DNA of 57,738 nucleotides, counting the filler, from Rhizaria sp. SCN 62-66 (lineage: Eukaryota): assembly GCA_001724265.1 (NCBI GenBank). It is 2 parts of 2 records of this genome, joined end to end, with 100 filler letters (N's around TTAATTAATTAA, not from the genome) between each part and the next. Parts side by side here need not be neighbours in the genome. Positions count along the whole stretch, not along the records: positions 1 to 29,875 come from MEDY01000395.1; positions 29,976 to 57,738 come from MEDY01000396.1. The stretch is one strand, 5' to 3'. The number at the start of each line of letters is the position of its first letter. Positions within the stretch are counted from its first letter, which is position 1. The position numbers were made by a program, and so were the translations under genes. The notes below the pieces were generated by a model that made no database searches, was not told where the DNA came from, and saw only the letters and a list, made by a program, of their open reading frames with translations. This document shows, piece after piece, positions 22,701 through 30,678 of the stretch.

Positions 22701-25456
22701 CTGAGCCCGCGCAGAGCTACTGCCTCGCCTGCCCACTCGGCAAGCACAGCGCGGGCGACGGCATTAACTGCAACGAATGTGCCGTCGGCCGGTTCTCGAA
22801 CCGCATCGGCGTCAGCGCGTGCGAGGCCTGCCCCTCTGGCGCTTACCAGAGCGAAACGGGTCAGGCATCGTGTCTGCTCTGTTCGCCCGGCACCTACACC
22901 AACGTCTCCGAGGCCGTGGGCTGCACCAATTGCCCCATCGGCAAGGCGCAGCCCTACGCCGGCGGTGTGGGCTGCCTGTCGTGCGACGAAGGCACCTACA
23001 GCCCCAACGTCGGCCAGTCGCGCTGCCGCGCGTGCGAGCCTGGCACGTACAACACGCTGATTCAGGGTACGGCTTGCTTTGGCTGCGACGTCGGCAAGTA
23101 TCAGACGGTGCAGGGTCAGACAACGTGCCATAACTGCCCTGCGGGTTCCTTTTCCTCCGCCAACGCCGTCGAGTGCTCAAAATGCGAAAACGGCATGGCG
23201 AACGAGCTTGAGGGACAGGGTAGCTGCGTGCTATGTGATCCGCTTGTGTCAACGCCCAACAAGGAAGCGACTGGCTGCGACTGTAACGTAGGCTATTATC
23301 TCCCCGACTACACGTCCTACACGAATCTGGGGCTCACTCGCTTCGTTTCCGGCACTAACAACTTTATTTGCTACCCCTGTCCCACTGGCGCAGACTGCAC
23401 GCAGGTCGGCAACAAGTGGTCCGAGCTCAAGACGCTCGCGGGCTGGTGGCGCGCAACGAACGAGTCGTCCGAGTTCTACCGCTGCGCCGTCGCCGACTAC
23501 TGCCCCGGTGGCGTCGCGATGGCAACAGTGTTCGACGAAACCAGTGGCTCCAAGTGCTCTGACGGCCGTCAAGGCATCATGTGCAGCGACTGTGCGCCTG
23601 GACTCAAGACGGGTATTGGCGGTAGCTGCGAGGCGTGCCCCGACGACGCCGGCTCGTACGTTATCATGATCATCGTGCTCGTGCTCGTTGTCGCCCTGAT
23701 CCTGGTGTCGGTGTGGATTCTGTGGAAGGCCGGTGAGGACACTCTGAAGGCAGCGCAGCGCGCGCCGCGGCAAGAGGACGACATGTCCGACGACGAAGAC
23801 GACTATGACATGTACGCCAACGCGTCCGAGGCTGAGCGTGCCAAGCGCACGCGCGACGCCGCTGCCAGTGCTAATAACGACAATGATGAGATGGTGAGTG
23901 ACGAGCTGCACGGCGAGCGCGAAGCGGTAGAACTGGAGACGCTGAACCCATACTCACCCGAACACGTGCACCGCATGTTGCCGGGCCCGCCGCCGCCGCC
24001 GCCCAACTTTACGTACAAGCTCAAGATCTTCCTGTCTTTCATCCAGATTGCTACACACATCGGCACTGGACTGGAGATTCAGTGGCCCAGTACATTTAAA
24101 GAGTTCATCCTCTTCTTCGATTTCCTGAACTTTGACTACATCTTCAGCTCGATCACGTCTGCTGAGTGCTACGACGCCGTGGACTACTACTTCTCGTACG
24201 TTGTCTTTGTGTGTCTGCCGGCGGTGATTATTGTGGCCGTGATGGTGCTGTGGATCCTGCCGCGCCACTTCAACCTCTTCTGCTTCCGTCACCAGGACGT
24301 GTTCCAACGCATGCGCAGCAAGATGCGTTCGTGGCTCATTATCCTGTACGCGCTCTTCCTCCTGTACCCTGTTGTTTCGAGTACCATTCTCAACCACTAC
24401 GTGTGCAAGACGATTCACGACTCGCACAACACGTACTCGTACTTGCTGATCGACCTAGCTGTGCCGTGCAAGACTGACACGTGGTGGTTGTTTGCCTACG
24501 TCGGCGTGCTGCTTGTCATCATCTACCCCGTCGGTATCCCGGCCTTCTTTTTCTTCCTGCTCTACTCGCACCGCACCCGTCTGCACTTGGGCCAGGTTCA
24601 GGCCAAGTTTGGCTTTCTCTACGCAGGCTACCGTGATGGAACTTGGTGGTGGGAGCTTTTGGACACGTTCCACAAGCTTATTCAAACCTCGATCCTCGCC
24701 TTCTTCCCGCTCCTGGTGCAGCTCCCCGTCGGCATGGGCGTCGCGATCTTGTACCTCATGGCCATCCTGCTCTTCAACCCGTACCTGCGCAAGGAAGACG
24801 ACGCGCTTGCGATGCTGTGCCAAAACTTGATCTTCCTGCTCATGCTTGCTGGCTACTTCTTCCAGATCGAAGGCAGTGTCAAGCTGTCGACATCCGAGGA
24901 CGTCGGCATGACCCTGTCTCTGCTTGTCGCTGCAGGTATCTTCCTGGCCGCGTTCGTGTACTACATTGGCCGCGCGTTGTGGCAAGTTGCGCTTGAGCTA
25001 CGCCAGAAGTTCTGCCCTAAGAAGGCCACCCCCAAGGACTTGGCGCAGCTTATGCCCGATCCCACGGACGCGGACACGCACGGACACGCCCCGATTGTGG
25101 CCGAGGAGGACATCACTTCCGGCAGCGAAAACGACAGCGACGACGACGAGTCCAGCTTCGGCGATAGACCGCACGGCGACGCTGCGGGGCACCACAGCAA
25201 CAGCGGCAGCGAGAGAGGCAGTCACGGTGATGGCTCGAGTGCCGCTCCAAGCAGCGACAGCGATAGCAGCGGCGGTGGAGACACAGACGCCAACGTTGAT
25301 GCTCCCCGCTCGCCACAGATGCGCACTCACGCGCCACAAACAGTCACGTTTGGCGGAACAGATGAGCGATCTGTGGCCTACGGGGATGAGTCCGACTCGG
25401 ATCTTTGTGACGTACAAACACCACAAGACGCGAGTTATGAGTTGGCAAGTAATTAA
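10742..25456 (+). CDS. Giant intronless cell-surface protein, 4,904 aa: signal peptide, somatomedin-B-like Cys domain, ~27 IPT/TIG domains, long GCC2/GCC3 (ephrin-receptor-like) Cys-rich array, multipass membrane domain, acidic tail
   Basis: First ATG at 10742 is followed by a hydrophobic signal peptide. CFCDDACCSQNDCC is SMB-like. I counted 27 repeats of the type P-x-I-x-S-V-x-P...G-T-N-F-G...I-x-C...P-x-G-x-G (~11205-18770). CxxCxxGxY/F units span ~18770-23640; hydrophobic helices lie at ~23657-24990. Stop TAA. Confidence 0.93.
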   Translation: MPSVRPGLGLAFAALALLLGLFVPGPLHTTAIVVNGTDYSNFPSYSDGFWFGDWEVASAHEAYEIPGHNCANVLNYPFYGDDETYIYSRLCDVGGCRYYMPYGMPLELANAIGCRDDGGTYCGERRPGPVQCFCDDACCSQNDCCWNNVLLCKSPIISSAQPARAATGPAGTTVVTLSGEGFSCRGSTTDPPAAARVTMHNMRGLPRPADEISPNAVSVPTTNVLNSNQLQVEFLLPEGYGPDWYFFLVNCYELRSPASANLFSYTPPQLNAISPSSGATRGGVAVGAMTTIKGTSFGSASVHSTGVTVARFYCTTNSGGTKTVATTVTSGSSVTGHTDYVFHHPAGEGVCSVSLEISALSVSVSRVYFSYRAPQLKSVTPSTALLPGTRLTIVGTDFGVSGTNTITVNGVECVFVSQTTTGTGNLDDRIICTAPNGSRANQPVMLMTGSQYSNVLLASYAAPIITSVSPVVGVTAGNTAFTINGSGFYTEGILLMGGTTYSSIANASMFTSWAPTRIILRTPPGQGKNVAIYLLVGDQLSDVNTAFSYTAPTIASMNPVSGNAAARVGSNVVITGNNFGLSPAATINGLECVLQSSTHTTLSCTIPSGYGTAKPVVVTVGGQASAAFSWSYAPPLLQSRTPTTGATEGGYALTLVGLNFGDTGSVFLSTSTTATSGINCISSVWNVTTIICALSAGSGKNLYFYISSGGYVTRQTLTFSYSAPTLTSVTPTAGPTGGGTQLVLVGTNFGTGTVAQSTGVTITYSAKAGGSTCTLQSRDHSLIICTTNAGYGTVHTLVVTIDTQAATHVSGTKTFSYDLPVITTITNRAAPTSASPETLMTIIGTSFGATNGTVRLGSVPYLCPATEWSHSRIVCRISPGAGGDLPVTVVMGYNSSVTVTTPTYTMSYNSPSIVAVTPNPVVSAGTIPITVQGSNFGPYDGGTTVAINGNNCAVTSQTHSQIVCTSPPGWGTGLSLIVNARNQASNSYAFSYSSPVITSITPSGLTPLGGVDVTVVGTSFGPGTPAPFVSFGSADCVVKSRTHTQIVCTLPPGAGTVAVQVTVDVLVSNYFNYNYATPTILSAGAACHPTRGGSTLSLTGAYFGSEAPTVRISNRECVVTSYNAVTQASLECTTPATEGKNQTILVSTGGKTASATIFNVCAPAITSITTSNGLHPTTSHVITVIGNYFSDSGIVQMNGYVCTSPTRSVASDAAKDQIVCTVVAGAGRNLPTIVTVAGQASAAALYHYDAPVLQTASIYASDTAGGALVTLTGINFGPAGTGAVTLGGRLCTLASNGWSHSEVRCYVPAGQGLGLNYTLTRVSESSTITSQLFNYSPPTLTGVSPSSIVTAGAVPITLTGTNFGVLGGATVYVQDQSPSDNTNRSCVVTFQTHTQIVCNAPQGFRALVSVSLDVSTQLAALSNSYGYDLPYMYALSPSLYSTGGSSGATDSMTITGVSFGELPGIVRFFFPEGTQDVTGAAITSWTHDRVVVKVPVGSGRDIPVRVISSVDRAHPTQNLTYSYSPASLTSISPISMVTGPESSGSRVLTINGLSFGPTKAESTLFVGELECPVISWSHSQIKCTVPVSQGINLPVALTVSGKEANHIMFSFANPVVTGVTPQNSATTGGVDITVAGTSFGDPDTASSYHDDPVEVTVGGLPCPVVGGTYTHEKIICTLPPGVGTKNGVVVKVGVLVSNSVDYVYAVPSLSSLSPTTADTEGALLTVTAYELGASISLVGVSVGGLVCVIQSNDLLMVDNSDPTRPLQSFTCLLPTGTGKNLALSLSVSDSTVTVLNQFSFNDPHNVTVSPLNWPSNGGVTMLFAGRSMSISPTFRIGSNLCLDVHTAEAHRNFTCTLMPGQGTLLALSMTIGTTTYPLNGTFSYDPPNILSVTPLTGPTAGGTVLTITGVSLGTSGSVTIGGTILGNVVTGGAACAVISGSYSHYGLRCTVPPGMDQGYAVRLQSAERFDIKVPSFEFSYDAPTVSTVSPSNGPAVGHSASAPFLLTITGINFGLATAATAGTSFVTVGGSSCPFTLWTHVRIECELPPGFDQAAVVVSVGTPARTSGTTYQYKLPALTTISPLNGPTTGSAITLTGTNLGAVSLPRTFHASLTGQAAEILIATSGATMTEVTATVGAGVGRNLPFNLFVSYDNAGVARNRTLSTSLLYNYDPPTVTAISSADCDSDVTNTKIVDCPVRAAGITITITGTNFGAPAPHAAPVAHLAAPDCVVASWTHTQIVCTAVGAVGYELDVRVAQSDASVTFAKSVSFKGPKLNGIVSPPGGVLSSTYASQEVQIAVDDAPGVYVGISVTFGPASDPAQFVCAAPSLSAGVITCTVPPGVGMDLVFVARFDIDGSLYQVSQASTGSVTYPAPAFVASSLAMFSTPLDVTDSLIGTVSQGQLLIFDMTNTGVDASLIKIYYFNSDYENECTGVQFYTPTPADPRTIQCATQASQGAPHDGYKFRAVLLNQNSSAPSTFVYAYPEPPVVGKVTTDAANCEESGDGIADCVTAGNFVITIAGSKFPTNGATVRVGQYECPLLSNTQEQILCTLPSGAGRNLAVVVTSGSTFSTARRLVSYASPVLLTITGCTASSATKIIDCSRLTQPVLTITGTNFGPTGATIYMGDHVLSVTHDAATPNSKGTFTLPQGYGLDRALLLMQAGGSSGSGLYVSYEPCPSGTYEQSAIACLPCAAGYFSNIPGTAACSPCNPGTYQLTTGRTICDQCPVGKYSADLARSSNCPDCAPGYTSVAVGQTQCTPCAAGTYRTVSMTACTSCVAGRYANLVSAATSCLSCAAGTFSSARAVTCNSCSQGTYSAAAATVCTACAIGKVQPLTGSSMCNDCVQGTYMPNTGQAVCLLCNDGTWSALGRTVCTNCVRGKYAARAPSSTVGPTVCTNCAEGYYAENEGQPACTECPLGRYTNTTGQSACLLCAEGKYGPTTARTSCQLCGIGTYQDLVGTAACKQCETGKSQHVTGQSVCLPCAQGQYAATPGHQYCDSCAMGRYADDIGSVACAPCASGRFSNAAATAQCTACPSGSYSTRIGEDVLTSCSNCVAGKFAPASGQAACTDCPLGSISAGPGRTACANCQAGTYNDELSMSVCKSCVVGTFSLAGASSCSPCPVGRYTASPGAQACVECAAGRYGATAGLSICSSCQPGRFIGVKGQSACIECPAGRYTSGSQPTVCSLCPVGKFQTSPGQSTCEDCPAGRFTASAGQANCMLCARGEYANTTGSERCRSCERGTVAGSEGLSVCEACDAGRYAPTTRLAACLDCPAGSMNTATGASACSLCTVGKHQTGEGSTMCTDCEVGRYAPALGLHTCIACKAGTFQNSTGTSTCRRCALGTFSAVSGLTACINCDAGRYAPAQEAVTCLACSRGHYQPLQGQSDCLSCPTGQIQPATGMSICSDCLAGTFQAQIGQGSCTLCGAGEYQDAPGTTSCKPCEPETYSVVTNTTAGASVCTACPAGRTQPSPGQASCNLCAPGKFTATTGCEDCPLGHYQDQSGQNSCLPCPTGTYGPDTAMLTCLPCGVGSFTNDTGRTECDKCAAGEYQDVPSSTTCKPCAAGTVTAAVGQAVCGHCPAGRYDANPSGSARTACTSCEAGKFQTDVGTTACLDCGLGYFSANVGQVDCIECPQGKYTSSYGTVECTNCELGRYSDVIGQLMCTDCATGRFAPETGSFSCTNCPAGKIQSTMGQSECVDCENGKFIDVAGRSTCSLCLPGTYAGGVGLTACADCAPGEYTAGYGEETCTSCDAGKFQVNRGRSYCNECSAGRFSPLAHAVSCSACAPGTYTGIEGQSVCVDCEAGKYQFNAGFSACDECPAGSFTAKTRQTRCSPCTSGTYANTTGFTQCTDCNPGRYSMLLGTIGPTTCSECAVGRYQIAYGQGACVECLPGRYTNNTGSLLCPQCDVGSYTADIESQECELCRAGTFSSREGSMICTECGVGYYTAAPGASACLACGAGKYQDVSGGSVCKTCPGGYYQPEPAQSYCLACPLGKHSAGDGINCNECAVGRFSNRIGVSACEACPSGAYQSETGQASCLLCSPGTYTNVSEAVGCTNCPIGKAQPYAGGVGCLSCDEGTYSPNVGQSRCRACEPGTYNTLIQGTACFGCDVGKYQTVQGQTTCHNCPAGSFSSANAVECSKCENGMANELEGQGSCVLCDPLVSTPNKEATGCDCNVGYYLPDYTSYTNLGLTRFVSGTNNFICYPCPTGADCTQVGNKWSELKTLAGWWRATNESSEFYRCAVADYCPGGVAMATVFDETSGSKCSDGRQGIMCSDCAPGLKTGIGGSCEACPDDAGSYVIMIIVLVLVVALILVSVWILWKAGEDTLKAAQRAPRQEDDMSDDEDDYDMYANASEAERAKRTRDAAASANNDNDEMVSDELHGEREAVELETLNPYSPEHVHRMLPGPPPPPPNFTYKLKIFLSFIQIATHIGTGLEIQWPSTFKEFILFFDFLNFDYIFSSITSAECYDAVDYYFSYVVFVCLPAVIIVAVMVLWILPRHFNLFCFRHQDVFQRMRSKMRSWLIILYALFLLYPVVSSTILNHYVCKTIHDSHNTYSYLLIDLAVPCKTDTWWLFAYVGVLLVIIYPVGIPAFFFFLLYSHRTRLHLGQVQAKFGFLYAGYRDGTWWWELLDTFHKLIQTSILAFFPLLVQLPVGMGVAILYLMAILLFNPYLRKEDDALAMLCQNLIFLLMLAGYFFQIEGSVKLSTSEDVGMTLSLLVAAGIFLAAFVYYIGRALWQVALELRQKFCPKKATPKDLAQLMPDPTDADTHGHAPIVAEEDITSGSENDSDDDESSFGDRPHGDAAGHHSNSGSERGSHGDGSSAAPSSDSDSSGGGDTDANVDAPRSPQMRTHAPQTVTFGGTDERSVAYGDESDSDLCDVQTPQDASYELASN

Positions 25457-27632
25457 GGACAAAAAGATAGGACAGAACAATCATAGCTTGTAACGAGCCG
25501 AAAAACGCATCCTTTTCAATGGGTGTAAGAGAGAGCAAGAAAAAAAGAAGAAGAAAAAAAAGAGAGACATGCAGGAAAGAGATTTTGAAACAGGACAAGA
25601 AATTGATAACGAAGGTTTCTTTCTGTTTCTTTGCGAAATGAGACAGAAATTACGAAAAAAATAAAGCATCATACAAACTAAAACAAATGTGTAGGTATAA
25701 AATACTCAAATTCAAGTTATTCACAAAACATCGTGTGAGAGGGATCAGTGAGTTCGTTCTCAGCGCGTACGTTTAGTCGCTGCGCTGATGCGTCCAGGAG
25801 TTTTCACCATCCGTAAGAGCCGAATCTCCACCCATTTTGAACTTTCGTTTTATCCCACTTCGCCACACCCCTGATGTGTGCGCGCGACACATTCACACGC
25901 CCCACAGTCGTCTGTGTTTGTTTGTGTTTGTCACGTGTGCTTATCCGCTTCTTGCTATGTCACTATCTCTGTGTTCGTGTCCTGCATTCCTTCAGCGCGC
26001 ACGCAGATGTACACCGCGTATCGTCGACCCCCGCGCGCTACGTGACGGGCTGTCGCTTGTCAGAGAGAAGTGTCTGCTATGTCTGTGTGTGTTGTTGTTG
26101 TTGTTTTCTTGATCTTATGGTCTGTTTCCTGTGCTACCCGATTAGTGTGTGTTTCTTTTAATATCCTCTTGTCTGTTTTATAGACTCATGTTTATAACGT
26201 TAGCTTGGCTGATGTTGAATACCCTTGTGCTGCTGTACGAGCTGAGCACGTGTTGCTCTTCTCTCCAGTTTGTTCTCACACTGGTACCGAGTCTCATATT
26301 GCCCTCGGTTGCCTTTGCAGTTCAGCGCGCGCTGGTGTTTCCCTCTCTGTCCTTCCTGACGCAATAGCCTGCGTTTATTCGATAGTCTACACTAGTTTCT
26401 CCCTTCCGTCTTTGTATAATTATCTTTTGTTTGTTTCACGCCCGTGCTTCTTCTTTGTTACGGTAGTCCCTTCTTCTGCCTTTCTCCTCAGGCATTGCGG
26501 GTATGTCTTAAGTGTTGTCTTCCCCACCTTAGCACAGTGTGTATGATCTCTGCGCTCTTTCTCTCAGCCTTACAATTATTTCTCTCACACAACTTCTCAC
26601 GCTCTTGGCGCAGGTCCGTCTGCTCTGCGTCGTGTTGTCACGATGTTTTCAATCCTGTGGATGTGACTGGAGTTGTTGCTGATTGCTGTCGCATCTCTCA
26701 CTCAGTGCTATGTGCGCGCGTGCAAGAGCTTTCTTCAAATCTTGCTCGTCGGCTTGGATTCGTGCTGAGCTGTTGCTGTTGCTGCTGCCTTGACATCAAA
26801 ACTACTTTCACATGATTAGTATCATGATGTCAAAGTTTAATACTTGGGTACGGATGAGTGACTCTGACGCATGTCAAATTCGGACACAAATTTCAATACA
26901 ATTCTTTTCTACTTCTCCCTCGATGCTTTTATTTGCGGAACGCAAACCGAGGTATATCCTCGACAATCATGTTCTAAGATGACTCCTTTTGCTGCGGTAA
27001 ACGTTAATCAGGGACAGTCTCATCATATTTGTTGATACATTGAGGGTGATTATTTTATAGCGCATGTGACATCAAATTCAGTTGGTTTTAATGGAAAATA
27101 CAAATCATTCATTGCAGAAACGTGAAGAATAGTGATCGCACCACAAATAGATTTTAAGGGGTGCGACTTGAGTTCCGTGCTCACAGTCACTTTGGAGCTC
27201 ACAGTCACTTTCGACATCAGGCCTGTCTTCAAACCAAGCACAAAATGCGTTTCTTGTGGGGTGCAAATCCGTTTCCTTGGGTCGTCGTGAATTGGTCGTA
27301 ATTTTTACACTATGATTATTATTCGTTGCTTTCTCCGTCTCTGGGAGTGTTGTCATTCTCTCAAAGGAACCTCGTATTTCCGCATGCCTGCTCTTTGAAA
27401 CGTTCCTCCCCTTCCTGTCTTTTTGACTGTTCTGAAACTTACTTTTGCGCCCTTTCCTGTCCTCGAAAGCTAGTGACTGCGTATTGAATGTGTTTCTCAT
27501 TTCTTCTGACATGCTCCTCGTCCCGCTTCACTTCCTCGCTCGCAGAGTCTTCGTCCTTTTCGATCCCACTCGGTGCGTGCTCTGCTGCCCTCGCTTTCAT
27601 TGACGGCCAAGGTCGTGGCATCCCCTTCACAG

Positions 27633-29875
27633 ATGTTGTTGGGCGGTCGCTCTGGAGCAGCGCGCTCCTTGTCTCTCATTGTAGCCTTTGTGATGCTCAT
27701 GGCATCTATGGTCTCTGCACAGTGGTACTACAGCACCACGAAGTCCTCCGTCCATATAGCCTACGAGACGGCGGGTCAAACCTGCACCGTCGTTGCACGG
27801 CAGGTGGTTGCACGTTCTACATGTATTATGGCAGGACTGAGGCATATGCGCTTCAATATGGCTGCGTCAATACGATTACTAACTCCTTTAACTACTGCGG
27901 TGAGTCGTCAAAAGCAGGCCTCGGCTGTTGGTGCGATGATGCCTGTTGCGCTTATAACGACTGCTGCTGGGACAACGTGCGTAACTGCAAGGCGCCGCTC
28001 ATTGACGGCGTACAGCCCAGCCGTGCGCCGACAGGCCCCTTGAAGTCGACCATTATCACGCTCACCGGCGACGGCTTCGCCTGCCGCGACATGTCCACCA
28101 CCCCGCAGGCGTACGTCACCATGCACAACATGCGCGGCGCGGCTCGCCCCGCGGACAACATCAGTCCCAACGCCTACGTTGTGCCCACCAGTACGATGAT
28201 CGCGACGACTCAGCTGTACACCTCGTTCTACTTGCCCGAAGACTACGGCCCCAACTGGTACTTCATCCTGCGTAACTGCTACTTCGTGGTCGGTCCCGCG
28301 TCCGCAGACCTCTTCTCGTACAACGTGCCGTCGCTCGAGGGTCTCTCGCCGACGACGGGTGCGACCCGCGGTGGCAAGGCTGTGCTCGTGCTTTCGACGA
28401 TGCAGGGAACGAGCTTCGGCAACACTGTACCACTCACGGCCGGTCTCACCGTCGCCCGCTACTACTGCACGCTCAGCAACGGCTCAACCGGCGTCTTCAG
28501 CACGGTGTATAACACCAATATGACAGTGACCAACCACACGAAGCTGATCTTCTACCACCCGGCCGGTGAGGGCACGTGCAGTGTCTCGCTCGAAGTCAGC
28601 TCGCAGTCCGTGTCCGTGTCGCGCCTGTCGTTCGCCTACCAGCCGCCGACGATCACGTCCGTGACCCCGTCAGTGTCACTCACGCCTGGCACCTCGATCA
28701 CCATCAAGGGACAGAACTTCGGCGTCACGCCCAGCGTCACCGTCAACGACATCTCCTGTCCGGTCACGAGCAGCACCGTCGACGGCACGACCGAAGTCCT
28801 GGTCTGCACGCTGCCGCTGGGCTACCGCGTGTCGCAGCCCGTCGTCGTGGCGGCCGGCGGCCAGCGCAGTAACGTCGTCTACGTGTCGTACGCGGCGCCG
28901 GTCATCAGTAACGTCAGCCCGTCGACCGGTCCCACGGCCGGCAGCACCGTCGTGACACTTACCGGCACCGGCTTCTACATCAGCGGCTCGATGATCTTCG
29001 GCGGCACGACGTACGCATCGACCAACACGACGATGTTCACGAGCTGGACGACGACGCAGATCGTGTTCAAGACGCCCGCCGGACAGGGCAAGAACGTGGC
29101 CATCTACCTCATCGTCGGTGACCAGCTCTCCGCCACGCCCGGCGCCTTCAGCTACAACGCGCCTGTGATCACGAACGCCACGCCCAACCCCGGCGCGTCG
29201 GGCGCCACGCTCACGCTCACGGGTACTGACTTCGGCACAAGTGGCTCCGTCGCCGTCTCCGGCCTTGACTGTGCCATCTTGACGCACGCCACGACCCAGA
29301 TCACGTGCACCATCCCGACGGGCTACGGCAACAACAAGGCTATCCTCGTGACCATCAGCTCGCAGTCGTCCAACTCGTACGCGTGGAGCTACCCCGCGCC
29401 CGTGGTCTCGACAGTGAGCCCGCTCACCGGCGGCACCCAGGGTGGGTACTCGCTCACCATCACCGGTCAGTACTTCGGCGACACGGGCAGTCTGCTCCTG
29501 GGCACCAGTGCGTTGGCCACGTCGGGCATCAACTGCGTCAGCTCCTCGTGGACCACCACCAAGATCGTCTGCGAGCTTGCTTCGGGCAGTGGTAAGAACC
29601 TCTACGCCATCGTCGCCTCCGGCGGCCAGACTGGCGCCGCCCCCGCGGGATACCTCTTCTCATACGGCGCGCCCACGGTCACTTCCGTGACCCCTCTGAC
29701 GGGTCCCACGTCCGGTGGCACGCAGCTCATCATCACGGGTACCAACTACGGCTCCAGCACCGTCGCGCAGGCCGCGGGCGTCGTCACCATCCGGTACGAC
29801 TCGCTCGCCGGCGGCGCCAACTGCACGCTGCAGTCGCGCGACCACACGCAGCTGCTGTGCTCGACCAGCATCGGT
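27633..29875 (+). CDS. Tandem paralog of the giant IPT/TIG surface protein; 5' part only, one apparent frameshift near 27788, truncated by the assembly gap
   Basis: Collinear with the upstream gene: CWCDDACCAYNDCCW, VTMHNMRG..RPAD.ISPNA, HPAGEG.CSVSLE, GQGKNVAIYL.VGDQLS, CTLQSRDH. The signal peptide and WYY..SVHIAYETAGQTC lie in the frame of ATG 27633; the rest lies in a different frame. Confidence 0.85.
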
Positions 29876-29975
29876 NNNNNNNNNNNNNNNNNNNNNNNNN
29901 NNNNNNNNNNNNNNNNNNNTTAATTAATTAANNNNNNNNNNNNNNNNNNNNNNNNNNNNNNNNNNNNNNNNNNNN
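29876..29975. other. Scaffold gap (44 N + TTAATTAATTAA + 44 N); artificial six-frame stop linker
   Basis: The palindromic TTAATTAATTAA at 29920-29931 is centred in a 100-nt N run and gives stops in all six frames, as used when joining contigs. Confidence 0.95.
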
Positions 29976-30074
29976 CTCGCCAAGCACTGGTCCCGCATGG
30001 AGAAGATCATCGCCAAGAAGGCCGCCGACAAGGCCCTCGCCGACAAGAAGGCTGCCAAGAAGGCCGACGAGTAA
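29976..30074 (+). CDS. 3' end of a probably highly expressed Lys/Ala-rich protein (LAKHWSRMEKIIAKKAADKALADKKAAKKADE*), possibly a ribosomal protein C-terminus such as eL13
   Basis: Strong GCC/AAG/GAC codon bias, TAA stop, AATAAA at 30097-30102, then AT-rich sequence. The identity is a guess from composition only. Confidence 0.55.
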   Translation, partial: LAKHWSRMEKIIAKKAADKALADKKAAKKADE

Positions 30075-30678
30075 ATTGTCGTGCAGTCTGTGCTGTAATA
30101 AAAACGTGCTTGCCAAATCAATTTCCACCCTCCCATCTCTCCTATCATGAAATGTCTTTGCTTTATCGTCTTATTGACTTCAATGATGTACGATGTACTG
30201 TAATATCTTTGTATTGGCTTAATAGATATTGATTCAAATGTGATAAGTCGGGACAACACATGCGCCCGATAACTGAATAAAAGATAAGCTGCGCCGCCGC
30301 GTCAGTTGCAGTCAGTCAGCATATGAGTCACAAGGGACGTCAAGGTACGCTAGACCACATAGCACAGGTTCCATGCCCCGCACCGTGCGACAAAGGCTCT
30401 CGGTCAAGCACGGCGCGTCCTCACAGAAACATCACAAAACATGACTGACACGACACTGCACTGATTTGAAAGTGATACGAGTTGTGTGCAACAACATTGG
30501 TGGGCAAAGTTGTGAATACTTCTATACAACACACAGCCATGCGTCCACTATTACATATACACTTCGATCCACAAACAGACAAAGTGACCATCATTTCGAT
30601 ATTTAACACCACCACCACCATACAACTACACAGAGAGCTGCACCAAAGTCGAGTCAAAATGACAACACACGCGTACAC

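Noticed and set aside
11205-23640. Repetitive structure as a possible CRISPR array or mobile element
   Set aside because: The repeats are protein-level domain repeats with divergent DNA; no identical repeat-spacer units, terminal repeats, transposase, RT, tRNA or rRNA were recognised in the window.
27488-27787. N-terminal ~100 aa of the 811-aa track ORF
   Set aside because: Non-ATG start and no similarity to the paralog; the true N-terminus is in the frame starting at ATG 27633.
29920-29931. Perfect palindrome TTAATTAATTAA
   Set aside because: Artificial six-frame stop linker inside an N gap; adjacency of the two sides is not assured.
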